Source: Octopus vulgaris (Eukaryota). From it: DNA of 64,000 bases. Positions 1 to 15,074 of this stretch are shown piece after piece. A program made the position numbers and the translations under genes. Each line of letters opens with the position of its first letter. Position 1 is the stretch's first letter. A model generated the notes under the pieces. It was given only the letters and a program-made list of their open reading frames with translations, had not been told where the DNA came from and made no database searches. The stretch is from the NCBI GenBank assembly GCA_951406725.2, contig OX597825.1:85064001-85128000 (forward strand), written 5' to 3'.

Positions 1-329
1 ATTAACAAAAGAAATTTTAAAACAAAATATGAAAGGAAATATATTAAAATAAACCTGAAAGAATATGAAAGGAAGAGAGAAAAATCCCTCTTTCGCGATT
101 ATACTACATGAGGTAATACAAAGATATTCTGTCAGCATAATAGGTAAGAATGGCTGAAAAGCACTGGACTATAGCCAGAAAAGGAAGATCAAGTGATAGT
201 TCTTTAAGTTCAAAGTCAAAAGAGAATCTTTTCAACCAAATTCTAATGAGACGGGCCAACATTAATTCAGGGCTTTGTAATCAACAAAAACAAACGGCTT
301 TCAATATTATTGGACACCCTGTTCTTCCA

Positions 330-350
330 CACAGTTTGTGTGTGTGTTTG

Positions 351-394
<44 letters not shown>

Positions 395-511
395 AGAGAG
401 AGAGAGAGATAGAGAGATATATAGATAAATAGATAGATATAGATGTAGATACATACACATATACATTTACATATCTATGTATATACATGTATATTTGTGT
501 ATGTATACGTA

Positions 512-563
<52 letters not shown>

Positions 564-620
564 TGTGTGTGTGTGTGTATACACACGCACAAACATACAC
601 ACACACTCACGCTCACGCAT
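330..620. repeat. Compound microsatellite (TG/TA/GA/GATA/CA); representative of dozens of such tracts across the window
   Basis: Dinucleotide and tetranucleotide arrays seen directly. Confidence 0.95.
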
Positions 621-719
621 ATGTATACATATGTCCTAACAGATATGTCCACTTTGGCGATATACCAAGAGAATGACATGAACAAATAACAAATAACAAC
701 GCATTATAATGATAGACCG

Positions 720-1010
720 GGCGCAGTGTATAACAATGGTGTGACTACAGCAATCTAAGATACACTTATACAAACTGACAGGGAGATGAAAGCGAACCGC
801 CCAGATGAAATAATCAAAGAATACAATGAAAATCTTCGTACGTCATCATCCTTTTTCCTGACCAAAACATATTTCCAAAGCTTAAAAATAGAAAATAATT
901 GACCAAAATATTGAACCAAAAGAAACCGAAAACTGTTTCAGTTCTAGGAACTTTAAATGATACGAGTTTGAAAAAGAGTAAAATCAAATAAAGTCATAGT
1001 TGCACTCGGT
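720..1010 (+). mobile_element. Decayed R4/Dong-like non-LTR retrotransposon, restriction-like endonuclease region
   Basis: Translates to *DTLIQTDREMKANRPDEIIKEYN and later TVSVLGTL; compare the R4-clade motifs WD-x-IxTDxxIxxNRPDIVI and VPIVIGALG. Confidence 0.6.
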
Positions 1011-1424
1011 TGTTGTAGCTACAGACAAAAGCATAAAATCTCTACAAAGGCTGCCATATTTACAAATTTATAACGGCCCCACAAGATATTGTCCGAATAA
1101 TCTTCTCCCAAAATAATTCTTAGTCCGAATGATCTCCTCACGAATACTCAAAAGAATTTGCCAACCCTCAATGTTGCAATGTCGACAACTCCAGTTATTA
1201 TAATATATGCCACTCAAATACTTTGTAACGAAGTTTTACATTAAAATAGAAATGATTGAAATATAACAAAACGCATTTTTTAACTTATATGAATTTATTT
1301 CCCTCCACACAAAACATAACGATGTTCAGAAATATGAAAATAATTCAAGAGGTCGATTAAAGACTTGTTGGAACCTATTGAAAAAAAAAATACAGCGATA
1401 ATATTAATGCTAGAACCAATAAGC

Positions 1425-1634
1425 CTTTCTACTTTTGGCACAAGGCCTAACATTTGGGAAAGGGGAGTAATTGATTACATCGATCCTAGTAGCCGAGTGG
1501 TACTTGATTTATCGAACCCAAAAGGATGAAGGGCAAAGTCGACCTCGGCGGAATTTGAACTCAGGACGTAAACGGGTGAAATATCGTAACGGACTTCAAG
1601 CAGCGTGCTAACGTTTCTAACATATCACTGCCTT
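1425..1634 (-). mobile_element. SINE family A (tRNA-like head; central GCCTTTCATCCTTTCGGGGTCGATAA domain)
   Basis: Reverse complement matches the copies at 62948 and 25794. Confidence 0.85.
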
Positions 1635-1669
1635 ATAATGCTGTTACTAATAATGATAATAGATTCACA

Positions 1670-1868
1670 TTTTAGGCAACAATCTTGTGGGGAAGGGGTT
1701 GGTTGTTCCTGTCACTTTTAGTATTTGATTGATACTTTAGTTCGTCGACCTCCAATGCTGAAAGGCAAAGCTGAGTGTGGTTGTATTGAAACTCAGAACA
1801 TAAACATCTGGATGGCGTGAGTTTCAGCAGTATGTCGTTGCAATACGATGCTGTTGGATCGCCCCCTT
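1670..1868 (-). mobile_element. Older SINE A copy
   Basis: Degenerate gaaaggcaaag...gaaactcagaac segments. Confidence 0.6.
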
Positions 1869-1917
1869 AATAACAACAACAACAACCACGACAATTACAA
1901 CAACAATAACAATAATA

Positions 1918-2135
1918 ATGGATGAAATAAAGATTTATGCGGAAAATGAGAAACATTTTGTAAGTACACACTGTTCTCATTTTCTCAAATGATGCAGATG
2001 TGAAACTTGGGATCGAAAAGTGAGCTATTTTGAAAATGAAACAAGGACCATTGAAAAGAAAGGAAGGGATGGAAATGCTAAATGGGCAAACAATGAAAGC
2101 GGTTGAGAAATCTATCAGGGGTTTAAGTATTTCTG
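1918..2135 (+). mobile_element. Decayed R4/Dong-like reverse transcriptase fragment (domains 5-7)
   Basis: MDEIKIYAENE (compare YMDDLKLYAKNE), then FSNDADVKLGIEK*AILKMKQG..EGMEMLNGQTMK (compare FSxDIGMxFGxxKCAxLxMKRG); preceded by an AAT/AAC repeat. Confidence 0.7.
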
Positions 2136-2209
2136 ACTAAGCATTCTAAAGCATTGTGAAGTACCATGTAAATTTCTTACAAACTTCCAACATTTATTAT
2201 ATCAAAGGG

Positions 2210-2427
2210 AGGTAGCGAGTCGGCAGAATCGTTAGCACGCCGGATGAAATGCATAGTGGCATTTCGTCCGTCTTAACGTTATAAGTTCAAATATAAGTCG
2301 TCTTTGCCTTTCATCCCTTTCGTGATCGATAATATAAATACCAGTTGAACACTTGGGGCGACGTAATCGATTTAACCCAATCCCAGACTCCCTGAAACTG
2401 CTGGCCTTGGGCCAACATTTGAAACTA
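2210..2427 (+). mobile_element. SINE A copy
   Basis: ggcagaatcgttagcacgccgg head, gttcaaat B-box-like motif, gcctttcatcc domain. Confidence 0.8.
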
Positions 2428-2449
2428 AAATATTTTTACTATCCGACGA

Positions 2450-2760
2450 AGGATTTGTATGAATTAGCGTTTTAGACAAACCACACCTATGTACTTTCCG
2501 TTTCCCTTTCAGCTACTCATCCCACCATCTTCATGAAACTTCCACGAATCTATATTTCTATACAACGCTTTGATACCTCAGAGCCCAAATTCTATTCTCG
2601 TTTGAAAACTATTCATTTCAGCAAAAGTTATTTAGTTCGTTGGCTCCTTTCAGCCATAAAGTTTATAATTATGCCGGACTACCTTCTACAATGGCGAATC
2701 TGCTCATGTTTGTATGGTTTTTACTTTGTATCCTGAAAACCAATATGGTTGATGTGGTGT
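2450..2760 (-). mobile_element. Possible highly decayed RTE-type RT fragment; 2448-2520 is also similar to 4285-4355
   Basis: Weak peptide remnants (WALRYQSV..KY; compare ALxxQGVxxxY); internal similarity between two loci. Confidence 0.3.
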
Positions 2761-3105
2761 CAGTCTGATGTTAATTATCGTCCATTGTTGGTAGAGTAGA
2801 AGCTGCTTTCACCTATTTATAAAAGTTTCGATGCTTAGTTTGGGTTATTCTAAAGTAGATTGATGCTAATTTACATATCATGGCTATCAGACACACACAC
2901 ACACGAATGCACGCACACACACACAAGCATGCACACACAAATACGCGCACAGACACACACACACACACACATACGAAACTATATATGTCGAAACTTCGAA
3001 ATAACTCTAAGACGTCTTGTAAACTTCCAATATGTACTCGAAGTATAAAGTTTTTCTTCAGTTTAATGTAAAATATATATTCTAACAACAAGAATTAATA
3101 TATAA

Positions 3106-3455
<350 letters not shown>

Positions 3456-3540
3456 AGTTTCTTTATTGGCCACACAGGGCTGCACACAGATGGGACAAGT
3501 TACAAGGTAGGGCTTTTCTTTTGGGGGATGAAAAAAACAA
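3456..3540 (-). mobile_element. Short retroelement 3' end within the GATA array, similar to the SINE A tail
   Basis: Reverse complement ttgtcccatctgtgtgcagccctgtgtggccaataaagaaa resembles the SINE A tail ttgtccctccgtgtttagctccttgtaggcaacaaagaaa. Confidence 0.55.
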
Positions 3541-3699
3541 TGACAGACAGATAGATAGATACACACACACGCACACGTCAAGGTCACCAGCGCTTATCCC
3601 CACGCATATACACGTTCTCACATACACACGAACGGTGCACCTTCGTTTTTGGATCACCACTGTTTTTTTTTAATCTCCTCTTCTTCTTAGCTCTCCTGT

Positions 3700-3915
3700 T
3701 GGACTACCTCTGTCCGGCATTTGCCATGATTGATTGCTAGCCACTAAACCATTTTTAATTTTTCTCTCTGCTTATTTCTGTGTTCCTTTCTGTTGAAGAG
3801 GGTAGGCTCGAAACGTAAAAGACTTTCTTACATCCCGAACGTTAAACTAATACATCTGTTTGTTGTTTACACACCCGTCTTCGTCTTTTGCTTTCTATTT
3901 TTGTTAATTCCAACT
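3700..3915 (+). mobile_element. Family H1 short element with HHR-like motif (copy 1 of 5)
   Basis: cttt-CTGTTGA-agagggtaggctc-GAAA-cg-ta-aaag at 3786-3821; shares ctaatacatctgtttgtt...gtcttcgtctttt with the other copies. Confidence 0.8.
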
Positions 3916-4132
3916 ACACACACACACACACACACGGACACAGACGCATACACGTATACATAACTGAAAAGTGCCGGTTTTCAGTACTCAGTGTGACTCT
4001 TTCCTGATCATCAGCTGCTACAACTAGCTATACCTGTGAGTTCTGGTAATCAAAACTTTTCTGTTAGAATGTATCAAAGAATACTCTGCATTTCTATTGA
4101 GTCCTGTAATTTATTGCTTCTGGTGAATGTAA

Positions 4133-4205
<73 letters not shown>

Positions 4206-4419
4206 GCTTCGGTATTCTATTCCATTATACTCTGACACGAAGATTCCTTGCTAATTTCCGATATTTGTAATATTAAACACGTAGCTGGATTTGTATAAAT
4301 CAGCGGTTTCAGATAAACCATAACTGTGTGACGTCCATTTTGCTTCCAGCTAAAAATCCCACAAAATTAACAACAAAGCCCTGTACGATGTTAATAAATG
4401 TTTGCACATATTAGTCTAT

Positions 4420-4527
<108 letters not shown>

Positions 4528-5102
4528 CTATGTATGTGTTCATTCATTAACATCGTACCAGCTTATGTTAAGATTTATTCATTACTATCAAATTTGTTCT
4601 CCTGACAACTAGTCAAGCTCCTTGGCAACAACGCAACTTCCCTTTTCATTAGCAATGTTCCATCTTGTGGTATTCATATGTTTCTAGATATCAGTATACT
4701 CGCTTTCTGATCTAATTATTGAAACTCAACGTATATATTTAGCTGAGCATGTATAAGCTGTCTCTACAAATTTTTCTCTCATACTTCGAATACATCTCAC
4801 TTCTAAGTTTTCTCCGTTTCATTACAATGTATAGTTTTATCTGACCGTACATTGCTAACGTTTGTCATTTCTCCTCAATTACTTTCGATGTATCTTTATC
4901 TCCGCCAAACGCTATGAGTCTCTACGCGTTCACCAATGTTTAATGAAGGAAGCCTTTGCACATTTTTCGTCATTACATTGAAATGGAAATTCTTACTTCG
5001 GTGGATGGATTACATGCGTCAGAGGTATTAACGTAACGTGAAAGAGAGAGAGAGACAGAGAAGCAGTTAGAGAGAGAGAGAAGTAGTGAAAGAGAGACAA
5101 AG

Positions 5103-5146
<44 letters not shown>

Positions 5147-5280
5147 AATTTCTCATAGAATTTTTCATAATCCTGTTTTTGATATATTATCTCTCATTTC
5201 TAACTTCCTCCCCTCCTATCTCCCTCCCTCCCTCTTTCTTTCTCAATCTCTCTCTCTCTCTCTCTCTCTCTGGCACCCTC

Positions 5281-5319
<39 letters not shown>

Positions 5320-5369
5320 CTGTCGCTATATATACTGTTTGTTCATTTATAATAAGAAATATGTGTTCA

Positions 5370-5600
5370 CTTATAATAAGAAATTCATTAACCCCATGGG
5401 TTGCTGTATACGTGCGTAGAGTACAATTTTATTGTTCTTCCTAAGAGTAATATTAACAATTACTTCGAAGTTTCGCCCACTTAATCAATCTTCGGACGAT
5501 GGCTAAATTGGCCGAAACTTCGAAGTCAATCATATATTTCATGAAGAATTATAACACATTTTCCTACATATGTATATATGAATTTTTTGCGTAATAAGAT
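5370..5600. repeat. Degenerate fold-back centred on an HHR-like motif
   Basis: acttcgaagtttcgccca pairs with tggccgaaacttcgaagt; the + strand reads cggacga-tggctaaattggcc-GAAA-cttcgaag-TC. Confidence 0.65.
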
Positions 5601-5646
5601 AAAAAACCAAGGATGTAAAGATATTACAGCATTTATATATAGAAGG

Positions 5647-5696
5647 TCTTACAGCTGTTTCTAGGATATCCATTAATAATATTCCTTCATCGGAGA
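5647..5696 (-). ncRNA. Minimal type I hammerhead-like motif (U4->C)
   Basis: Reverse complement tct-CCGATGA-aggaatat...atatccta-GAAA-c-agct-g-TA-aga; stems I, II and a palindromic stem III can form. Confidence 0.6.
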
Positions 5697-5743
5697 CGGT
5701 GTGAGAGGAAAATTAACTCATAATTTGTTTAGATGTGATACAA

Positions 5744-5826
<83 letters not shown>

Positions 5827-5831
5827 GTATA

Positions 5832-6120
<289 letters not shown>

Positions 6121-6159
6121 ACATATATTAAATTGTGTGAAATTTGATTTAGTATTTCC

Positions 6160-6486
6160 GTCGGCGGAATTTGAACTCAGAATGTAAAGACAGACGAAAT
6201 ACCGCTAAGCATTTCGCCCGGCTTGCTCACATTTCGCCCGGCTTGCTTATTTCTTATTTCTTTGTTGCCTACAAGGAGCTAAACACGGAGGGGACAAACA
6301 AGGACAAAGTGATATTAAGTTGATTACATCGACCCCAGTGCATAAGTGGTACTTAATTTATCGACCCCCGAAAGAAGGAAAGGCAAAGTCTACCTCGGTG
6401 GAATTTGAACTCAGGACGTAAAGACAGACGAAATACCGCTAAGCATTTCGCCCGGTGTGCTAACGTTTCTGTCAACTCACCGTCTT
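6160..6486 (-). mobile_element. SINE A full copy (6248-6486) followed by a second partial head (6160-6247)
   Basis: Duplicated ggaatttgaactcag...gaaataccgctaagcatttcgcccgg. Confidence 0.9.
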
Positions 6487-7092
6487 ACAGACTCACACAC
6501 GAACGATGCTGCAGACCTTAATTTACTAAATAAATAATTTACTAAATAATTTACTAAAACGTGTTCTCCTAATATTTAGAAATATATACTGGACCTTTGA
6601 GCAGTTCTTAAATTTCGCATACCTTTCCCAACTTCCTACTGCTCTCAATAAAACGTGTTAGACACAGAAGCTTTCGCTACACTTAAACATGAATCTTTGT
6701 AGAAAGCCCAACGGCCTATCTACGACAACCTACGCTTCATTTCATACAGTCAAAAAGCGGCTTTTATAAATCTCAGTTATCACATCCCAGATACTGGTTA
6801 GATTTAAAGAATTTTATCACATTTTCTTGCGATTTTCCCTTTATTACCAGCGGCCACTGTGCATTGAAACTCAATGAAAATTTTAAAAAACCAATCGGAT
6901 TTTATATAGAACTCAACTAAATAGAGACTAATAATTTTGCGGAAACAGAAAACTCAAGTTCTTAACAGATGTTGCAGGGACGTAAACTCATCAGCATCGG
7001 TTATCAAGCGATGGCAGGGGGGCGTAAACACTTACACACGAACATACACCCACACACACATATATATATATATATATATACATATATAATAC

Positions 7093-7131
<39 letters not shown>

Positions 7132-7137
7132 CATACA

Positions 7138-7200
<63 letters not shown>

Positions 7201-7847
7201 GAAATGTGGGGTTTATTTCACAGATGAGCTAAAGGACGAAGAAAGCTGGGTAAGTGCTGTAACGGATTACCAGGGCCCCAAGTTTATAGCTGAGATGGGA
7301 GTTATGGATCCATTGTAGATTTCCAATATAGCAGATATATAATCGTTAAGGTGGACAACAAATGTTAAGGCAACACAAACATCTCAAGTCAAATATTGGA
7401 AAAATTCAAAGTCTTACACCAGTTTTTGAAATATCAAAAAATTTGAGATGTTCCCACGCCCTTTTCCACTCTCCTTATTCACAATTATGTATATATTTAC
7501 TTGGGTCAACTTGTCATCCGCATCTTATCCAAGAACCCAAAAGACCCAACACTCAGACAAATACGGGAGTACGTCCTTATAGATGAAACCTCACCAATAC
7601 TAAATAGGAAATATACATAGTAGATACCATACCTCCATACCCATAGTTTACGCAGGTAGAGTAGAATAGTTAGTGGACTGTTAGGTAGATAAATGTATGT
7701 ATGTGTGTGTGTATGCATTTTTTTCTCTTTGTATGTAAGCATATAGATATGAAATCAAACAGATCAACATACAGACGGATAGGTACATAAGTTACAAGAA
7801 CAGATAAGCATACATACCAATATATTATATATATATTATTATTATAT

Positions 7848-7891
<44 letters not shown>

Positions 7892-7922
7892 CGCAAATAT
7901 ATTATATATATATATATATTAT

Positions 7923-7995
<73 letters not shown>

Positions 7996-8370
7996 GTGCA
8001 TATTTTTATTTATGTATGAAAAGCTATTTGAAAACAGCAAATATTTCAAAGAGCGTCAACAACAAGTGAAATGATGCCAGAGGGCAAGTGACGTACATTG
8101 AATGTTGATGTAGTGAAAGCCAACAAAGAGTTGAACACAAACGCATCAACAATGCTGCTTATGAATAAGAGACGCAATAATCGCCGTGAATAGAACTGCT
8201 TCTATCTTACATACAGCGTTAACTATTTTATTAATGTATTACAGACAGACGTAGATACACATTCCTCAGCAAACTCCCACCCACGCGCAGACAAATATTC
8301 AGCGTATGTAAGATACAGGTCTTGTTTAATATATCTGTGCGTAAAACTATCTACCTATCAATCTATATTA

Positions 8371-8684
8371 TATCACCGTCATCATAGTGACCGACCAGGC
8401 TATCAGATGTGGTAACATATCGCTGGTCACAATGCGCTTCGCATTGTTTTAGCCTTCAACTGACGCCACCCCGCTGGCTAAGCGAGCAGGCCAACAGAAG
8501 AAAGAGTGAGAGAAATTTGTTGCGAAATAATACAGCAGGGATCACCACCACCTCCTGTCGGAGCCTCGTGGAGAATTAGGTGTTTTCGCTCAATAAACAC
8601 TCACAGCGCCCGGTCTGGGAATCGAAACCGCAATCCTACGACCGTGAATCCGCTGCCCTAACCACTGGGCCATTGCGCCTCCAC
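8371..8684 (-). mobile_element. SINE family B (tRNA-derived head gtggaggcgcaatggcccagtggttagggc...ggtttcgattccc)
   Basis: A-box and B-box-like motifs; closely similar copy at 52957-53246. Confidence 0.9.
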
Positions 8685-8781
<97 letters not shown>

Positions 8782-8904
8782 CTAAACCCTTTATGGACGG
8801 GAAGCTGAGGTAGTACCGTTAACCAACCTTTCCCACTTTTAATGTATGTATATTATATATATATATATACATATATATATATGCATATATATACTTGAAA
8901 TAAA

Positions 8905-9021
8905 TAGAAAAACAAAAGACGAAGACAGCTGTATAAACAACAAGGAGGTGTATTAGTTTAACGCTCGAGGAGCTGAGAAAATCTTCTACGTTTCGAGCCT
9001 ACGCTCTTCAAGAGAAAGAGG
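8905..9021 (-). mobile_element. Family H1 copy 2, between (TA)n tracts
   Basis: ctacgtttcgagcctacgctcttcaagagaaag. Confidence 0.8.
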
Positions 9022-9043
9022 AATATATATATACATATATATA

Positions 9044-9078
<35 letters not shown>

Positions 9079-9472
9079 TTATATATATATATATCTGCAT
9101 ATCCCAGCATTTAAGATTGGTATTTGGTTAACAGGGCTTCCAAACTGTTCACTGGCAGCACAAAAGAGCTTGAAATATAAACTAAAACCCTGTAATATAC
9201 TTAATGGCAGATTTGTTCTGTTAGTGATAACTGTGTGCAACATGTTTTGGTCAGTCCTTCATCTGGTACTTTGGCAAGGTGTACAGATTCTGTCATGCAT
9301 GAGTGAAGGACAGAGCGGAAGGCTACGTAGTCTAGCCATATTGTTAACGGTGATATCACTTGGCGTCTCCAATAACAGCTTTAGTGTGGAAGGACTGTTC
9401 AACATGATTGCAAACACCATTCTTTCTTCCTACCTGTTCATCACACCAAGTGTTTATGCCACACTGTTTTTA

Positions 9473-9505
<33 letters not shown>

Positions 9506-10676
9506 CTGTCTGTCTGTTTGTGTGTGTGTGTATGAATTTATATATAGACATATACGTAACAAGCATTGCAAATGTCTGCTTTTCTTTTAACTGCTAGTAT
9601 TATGTCGGAGTATATTTCTCATGGAGGGGATGCCTTTCGCGCGGTTTTATGAAATACAAGAAAACCCTCGTCTACGCTGGAGAAATCTATTAAACTTATA
9701 GACGGAACTCTGAAACACCACCGTTCACTGTCAGAGTAATGGTGATTACGGGGTGAACTTCAAAACTGACGTTTTGAAGCTACAATGTCGGTCGCTCAAG
9801 ACAGTGGCAAAATCGTCGTACAACCTTTTGTTATTTATATGTAATGACGTGAAACTGTCTCAATATCATTTCGTTTCTTGATTCGCTTTGTATTTTGTAA
9901 AGTTCGATGGCAATGGATATGTGGTGAAAACTCATATCCGCCCACAAGCAAGTATAAAAGTGAATCAGAGTAATCAGGCTAAATGTGACACAGATATCAT
10001 CCCAGAAGATGAGGCAAACACAATATACATGGTTATGGTGGATTATGCATATGTATGAAAGTACTTATGCACACTGCTCTTTTCAACTTCATATCCTTCC
10101 TACCATATCTAGCGCTCAATTAAGAACATTCACTTGTAAGAAAGATTTTCTCGAGCCCGCTTAACTTTCGACGTCAATCACTGCGCATATAACTCTCACG
10201 TTTACATATCTACGTGTTATTCTCTAAATAATGGCTTCAGACTGTACATATTTCGATAACTGCAGGCCGTATCTCATACATTTTTTTTCTTCAAATAGTC
10301 ATAGTCTCTCGTCTAGCTAAAGCTACAGGAAGCAATCATTTTATTTATCTTGGATTTATTCACTGAATAATCACATACGCGACAGCGAAACAACGAAATG
10401 CAAGCTGGTGGTGCTAAAACACTTTAAGATGTTATACTATGAATCTTGTAGGTTTTCTTCCGCCTGTTAATATAGACACGGACAGGAGAAAAGAAATTAT
10501 GTGCACAACCTGATCAAATTTGATACAACAAAATATTGACTGAAGTTCCGTCTTGGTTGAGCATCGACACGCATTTGGAAATTCTATTGCAGGGCTCCGA
10601 AACCAACATAATGCTGAACGAAACCAAGGAACATTTATATAAACTTATTTATCCTAATTTTCCTGTTTAGATATAG

Positions 10677-10757
<81 letters not shown>

Positions 10758-10809
10758 AATAAATATTTATATATATACACACACAAATATATATATATAT
10801 ATATATATA

Positions 10810-10840
<31 letters not shown>

Positions 10841-10968
10841 CATATATCTATATATACATACATATATATAGATACATTTATATATATATACATACATTTA
10901 TTTATATATACATATATTCATATATTTATATATACATATATACATATACTTGTATATATATATATATA

Positions 10969-11045
<77 letters not shown>

Positions 11046-11616
11046 ACATACATATATATATATAAATAAATATAGATATAGATATAGATATATACTTACA
11101 CGCATACACAGACACACATACACGTACATATATATATATATATACATACACGTAAACAGATACATACACCTGTTTTTTTTTCCTCAGTATTTCTAAATAC
11201 GAGAAATGAATACACTGCATTGTTATTTAGTGAAAATGCGTTACCTTTACTTGTAAACATAGATAACTACTTTCTGTTATTGAAGAATTCAATCATCTCA
11301 ACTGCAATTCCAATTTCGCCTCTTTTAATAAAACGTGATGGGAAATTCTAACGAGCTTAGGATTTGTAAATATTCAATGTAAAGCTTCCTAATCTACGTG
11401 GAATACATCTCTCTTTTCAAATTATGTGGGGCTTCAATGAAAGTGCATTCGTATGTGGGTGGATTCTGTGAGGAGATCTATTAAATCTTTCTCCACGCAC
11501 AGTAAACACATCACTGTGTGTATCTACTTAAGTCTTTGGGAAGGTTGGCAGTAGGTAGGTAGGTAGGTAGGTAGGTAGGTAAGTAGACAAACAGACAGAC
11601 AGAAAGACAGACAGAG

Positions 11617-11738
<122 letters not shown>

Positions 11739-12108
11739 GCATAGGCAGAAAGACACAGAGGAATGACCACAGACAAACAGCAGACAGACAGACTGACTGA
11801 TAACAGGCAGACAGACAGATACATAGATTGACAGACTGATACTTTAGGAGATAAAAGGTGCAGAGTTGAATAATTATTTTCTTATACACTGAAACACGTC
11901 TGAGTGCGTAATTCTACATTTATATACACTGTTATATATACATCGATTTTAGATATAATTGCATCGATACGTAGATTGGCAGATAGGTATGTATGTCCTT
12001 CGAAAATTGTGTACAGTAATACATATGTGTGTATGTGAGTGTGTGCGGTTGTGTGTACGTGTATGTGTACTTCTGTGTGTGTGTGTATGCGTATGTCTTC
12101 ATATAGAA

Positions 12109-12416
12109 GCACTCCGTCGGTTACGACGACGAGGTTCGTAGCTGATAGGATCGGTGGAATAGCTTGCTCGTGAAATTAATGTGCAAGTGGCTGAGTACTC
12201 CACAAACACGTGCATCATTAATGTAGTTCTCAGGGAGATTCAGCGTGACACAGAGTGTGACAAGGCTGTCCTTTGAAATATAAGTACAGCTGGGTGGACT
12301 GGAGAAACGTGAAATAAAGTGTCTTGCTCAAGGACACAACGCGTCGCCGGGAATTGAACTCACAACCTTACGATCATGAGCCGAATGCCCCTAACCACTA
12401 AGACACGCTCCTTCAC
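12109..12416 (-). mobile_element. SINE family C, tail type 1 (tRNA head plus CORE-like gtccttgagcaagacacttt)
   Basis: Reverse complement head tagtggttaggggcattcggctcatgatcgtaaggttgtgagttcaattcccgg. Confidence 0.85.
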
Positions 12417-12587
12417 ATGTGTCTTCATATACGCGCAAAACGTATACAGATATATTCAGTATATTTCACCATATGCACCTATGATGATATATACAGGTAT
12501 TTTTCTCCAGTTGGTGACGATGAGATGTCAGAATAGAATTTTCTACAATCTAGTAATTGCTGGAACCAGTAATAAATAGAATTTTAA

Positions 12588-12771
12588 AGGGCGAAATGCT
12601 TAAGCGGTATTTCGTCTGTCTTTTCGTTCCCGGTTCAAATTCCACCGAGGTGATCTTCGCCTTTCATCCTTTCGGGGTCGATAAATTAAGCACCAGTTTG
12701 GTACTGTGGTGAATCTAATCGACTGACCCCCTCCCAAAACATTTCGGGCCTTGTGCCTAGAGTAGAAAAGA
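12588..12771 (+). mobile_element. SINE A copy, 5' truncated
   Basis: gcctttcatcctttcggggtcgataaattaag. Confidence 0.85.
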
Positions 12772-12889
12772 ATTAATGAAATTTTAACGTCATTAAATCT
12801 CTGCAGTAAATATTTTATTGCAAAATAAATACTTATAAGATAAGACCACAAAAGAATATATATTACACTTTACAAGACTTCAAAACACT

Positions 12890-13360
12890 TTATAACAGGT
12901 GTTGATAGTGTCGTCCTTTGTTTTCAATACATAAGTTGACTCTTCTACACATGTTTTGAAATACATCTTGGAGAGTCTGATGCGGCATGGACAGTGTGAA
13001 GGTTATGATTGCGTCTTATACCTCATTAATGGTTTATCGTGCGATTCTTGTCCAGTGACCCCAGAAAAACAAGTCTGGCGGTGTTAAATCAGATGATCTT
13101 GGTGACCAAAGTCCCTTCAAAATAATCCGTTCACAGAAAAATTCACTGCGGATCGACGTTAAAGAACACCCTGTATTATTCCTTGTGTTTTCTGGAACCA
13201 TATTTATTCTGAAGACAATCTATTCAAGAACATCCTCCCCTTAACATCCCCAACCCTAAATTATTCGCTTCCCTTCCAAGATATAATTTCTCTCATAAAA
13301 ATAAGGCGAGCGATTTTGCAAATAATGTGATTATCACTTGCATTTCACACCCGAATTATC
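12890..13360 (-). mobile_element. Decayed Tc1/mariner-superfamily transposase C-terminus
   Basis: Reverse complement reads ..GLWSPRSSDLTPPDLFFWG...LQDVFQNMCRRVNLCIENKGRHYQHL; compare WPPRSPDLTPxDFFLWG...RxxxCIxxxGxHFxHL. Confidence 0.75.
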
Positions 13361-13643
13361 CTTAATTCATCTATGTAAATATGCGGATGCGATCGTGTGA
13401 ATTATCAATACATAATACACAGGCACACACACACACACTCAAACACACACATACACAAACACACACAAGCTCACACATACACAAACACACATATATATAT
13501 AAATGTAGAAATATATACGTATGTACACATTATATGGTTACCTATAAATGCAGTTACACATGCAAACACACACACACACATGTACATACAAACCTATTAA
13601 TCTATCTACGCATATCTATCTATCTGTCTGTCTGTCGGTCGGC

Positions 13644-13724
<81 letters not shown>

Positions 13725-13798
13725 AATAAATTCAGACAATTAAGTATTTAAGAATATGAAACTAATGGTTTCATATACATACAAACATACATACATAC

Positions 13799-14350
<552 letters not shown>

Positions 14351-14599
14351 AGTTTGTATGCATGTATGTATATTCACGTATGTTCATAAACACATACACA
14401 CATGCATAGCTAGTTAGCTGATAAATATAGATGTATATAGATTGATACGTAGAGAGGTATAGAGAGCTACCCAAACTTTTGCGCCCACAAAGCTAAATCC
14501 TAGTGGACAGTTCTTCAGACTCTATATGAATACAAATTCATATATATTAATGGAAGTGGTTGTTGCAAGATCTGTATTCCGGAGAGACCCAAAATTCTT

Positions 14600-14930
14600 A
14601 AGGATCTGAAGAAGCCTGGCGCATTAAACAGCAGTAAAGAAGTATTTTCCAAGTGTATTCTCTTAAAGCGCCACTTACTAGAAAATTGGACCTTCCAGTT
14701 GGATCATTATGCCTCTGCGAGTAAATAAGGGTTTTTTTCTGTCTTATTTCTTTCTTTAACACTTGCTCATTAACAATTTCTTCGTATTCCTCGAATCCTA
14801 AGCGTTTCCTCGCATCTGCGACGTAGATATCTTTAAATTTTGTATTCATACAGTGTCTGACGAGCTGTCCACAAGGCATTAGCTGCGTGGGTGCGAAATC
14901 ATGAGTAACTCTATGTCCAAGATATAAAAT
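14600..14930 (-). mobile_element. Possible decayed RTE-type LINE C-terminal fragment
   Basis: KFKDIYVADARKRLGFEEYEEIVNEQVLKK; compare KLxAFEMxxxRRxLxIxWxDxVxNEEVLxR. Confidence 0.35.
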
Positions 14931-14963
14931 TTCGTTGTAATATATATATATATATAGAGAGAG

Positions 14964-15074
<111 letters not shown>

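Noticed and set aside
4540-5020. Possible RTE endonuclease N-terminus on the minus strand (NTTRWNIANEKGSCVVAKEL)
   Set aside because: Similarity too weak to call without a search
8610-8684. tRNA gene-like sequences (also at 28940-29013 and 12340-12416)
   Set aside because: They continue into SINE bodies and lack a convincing acceptor stem and terminator
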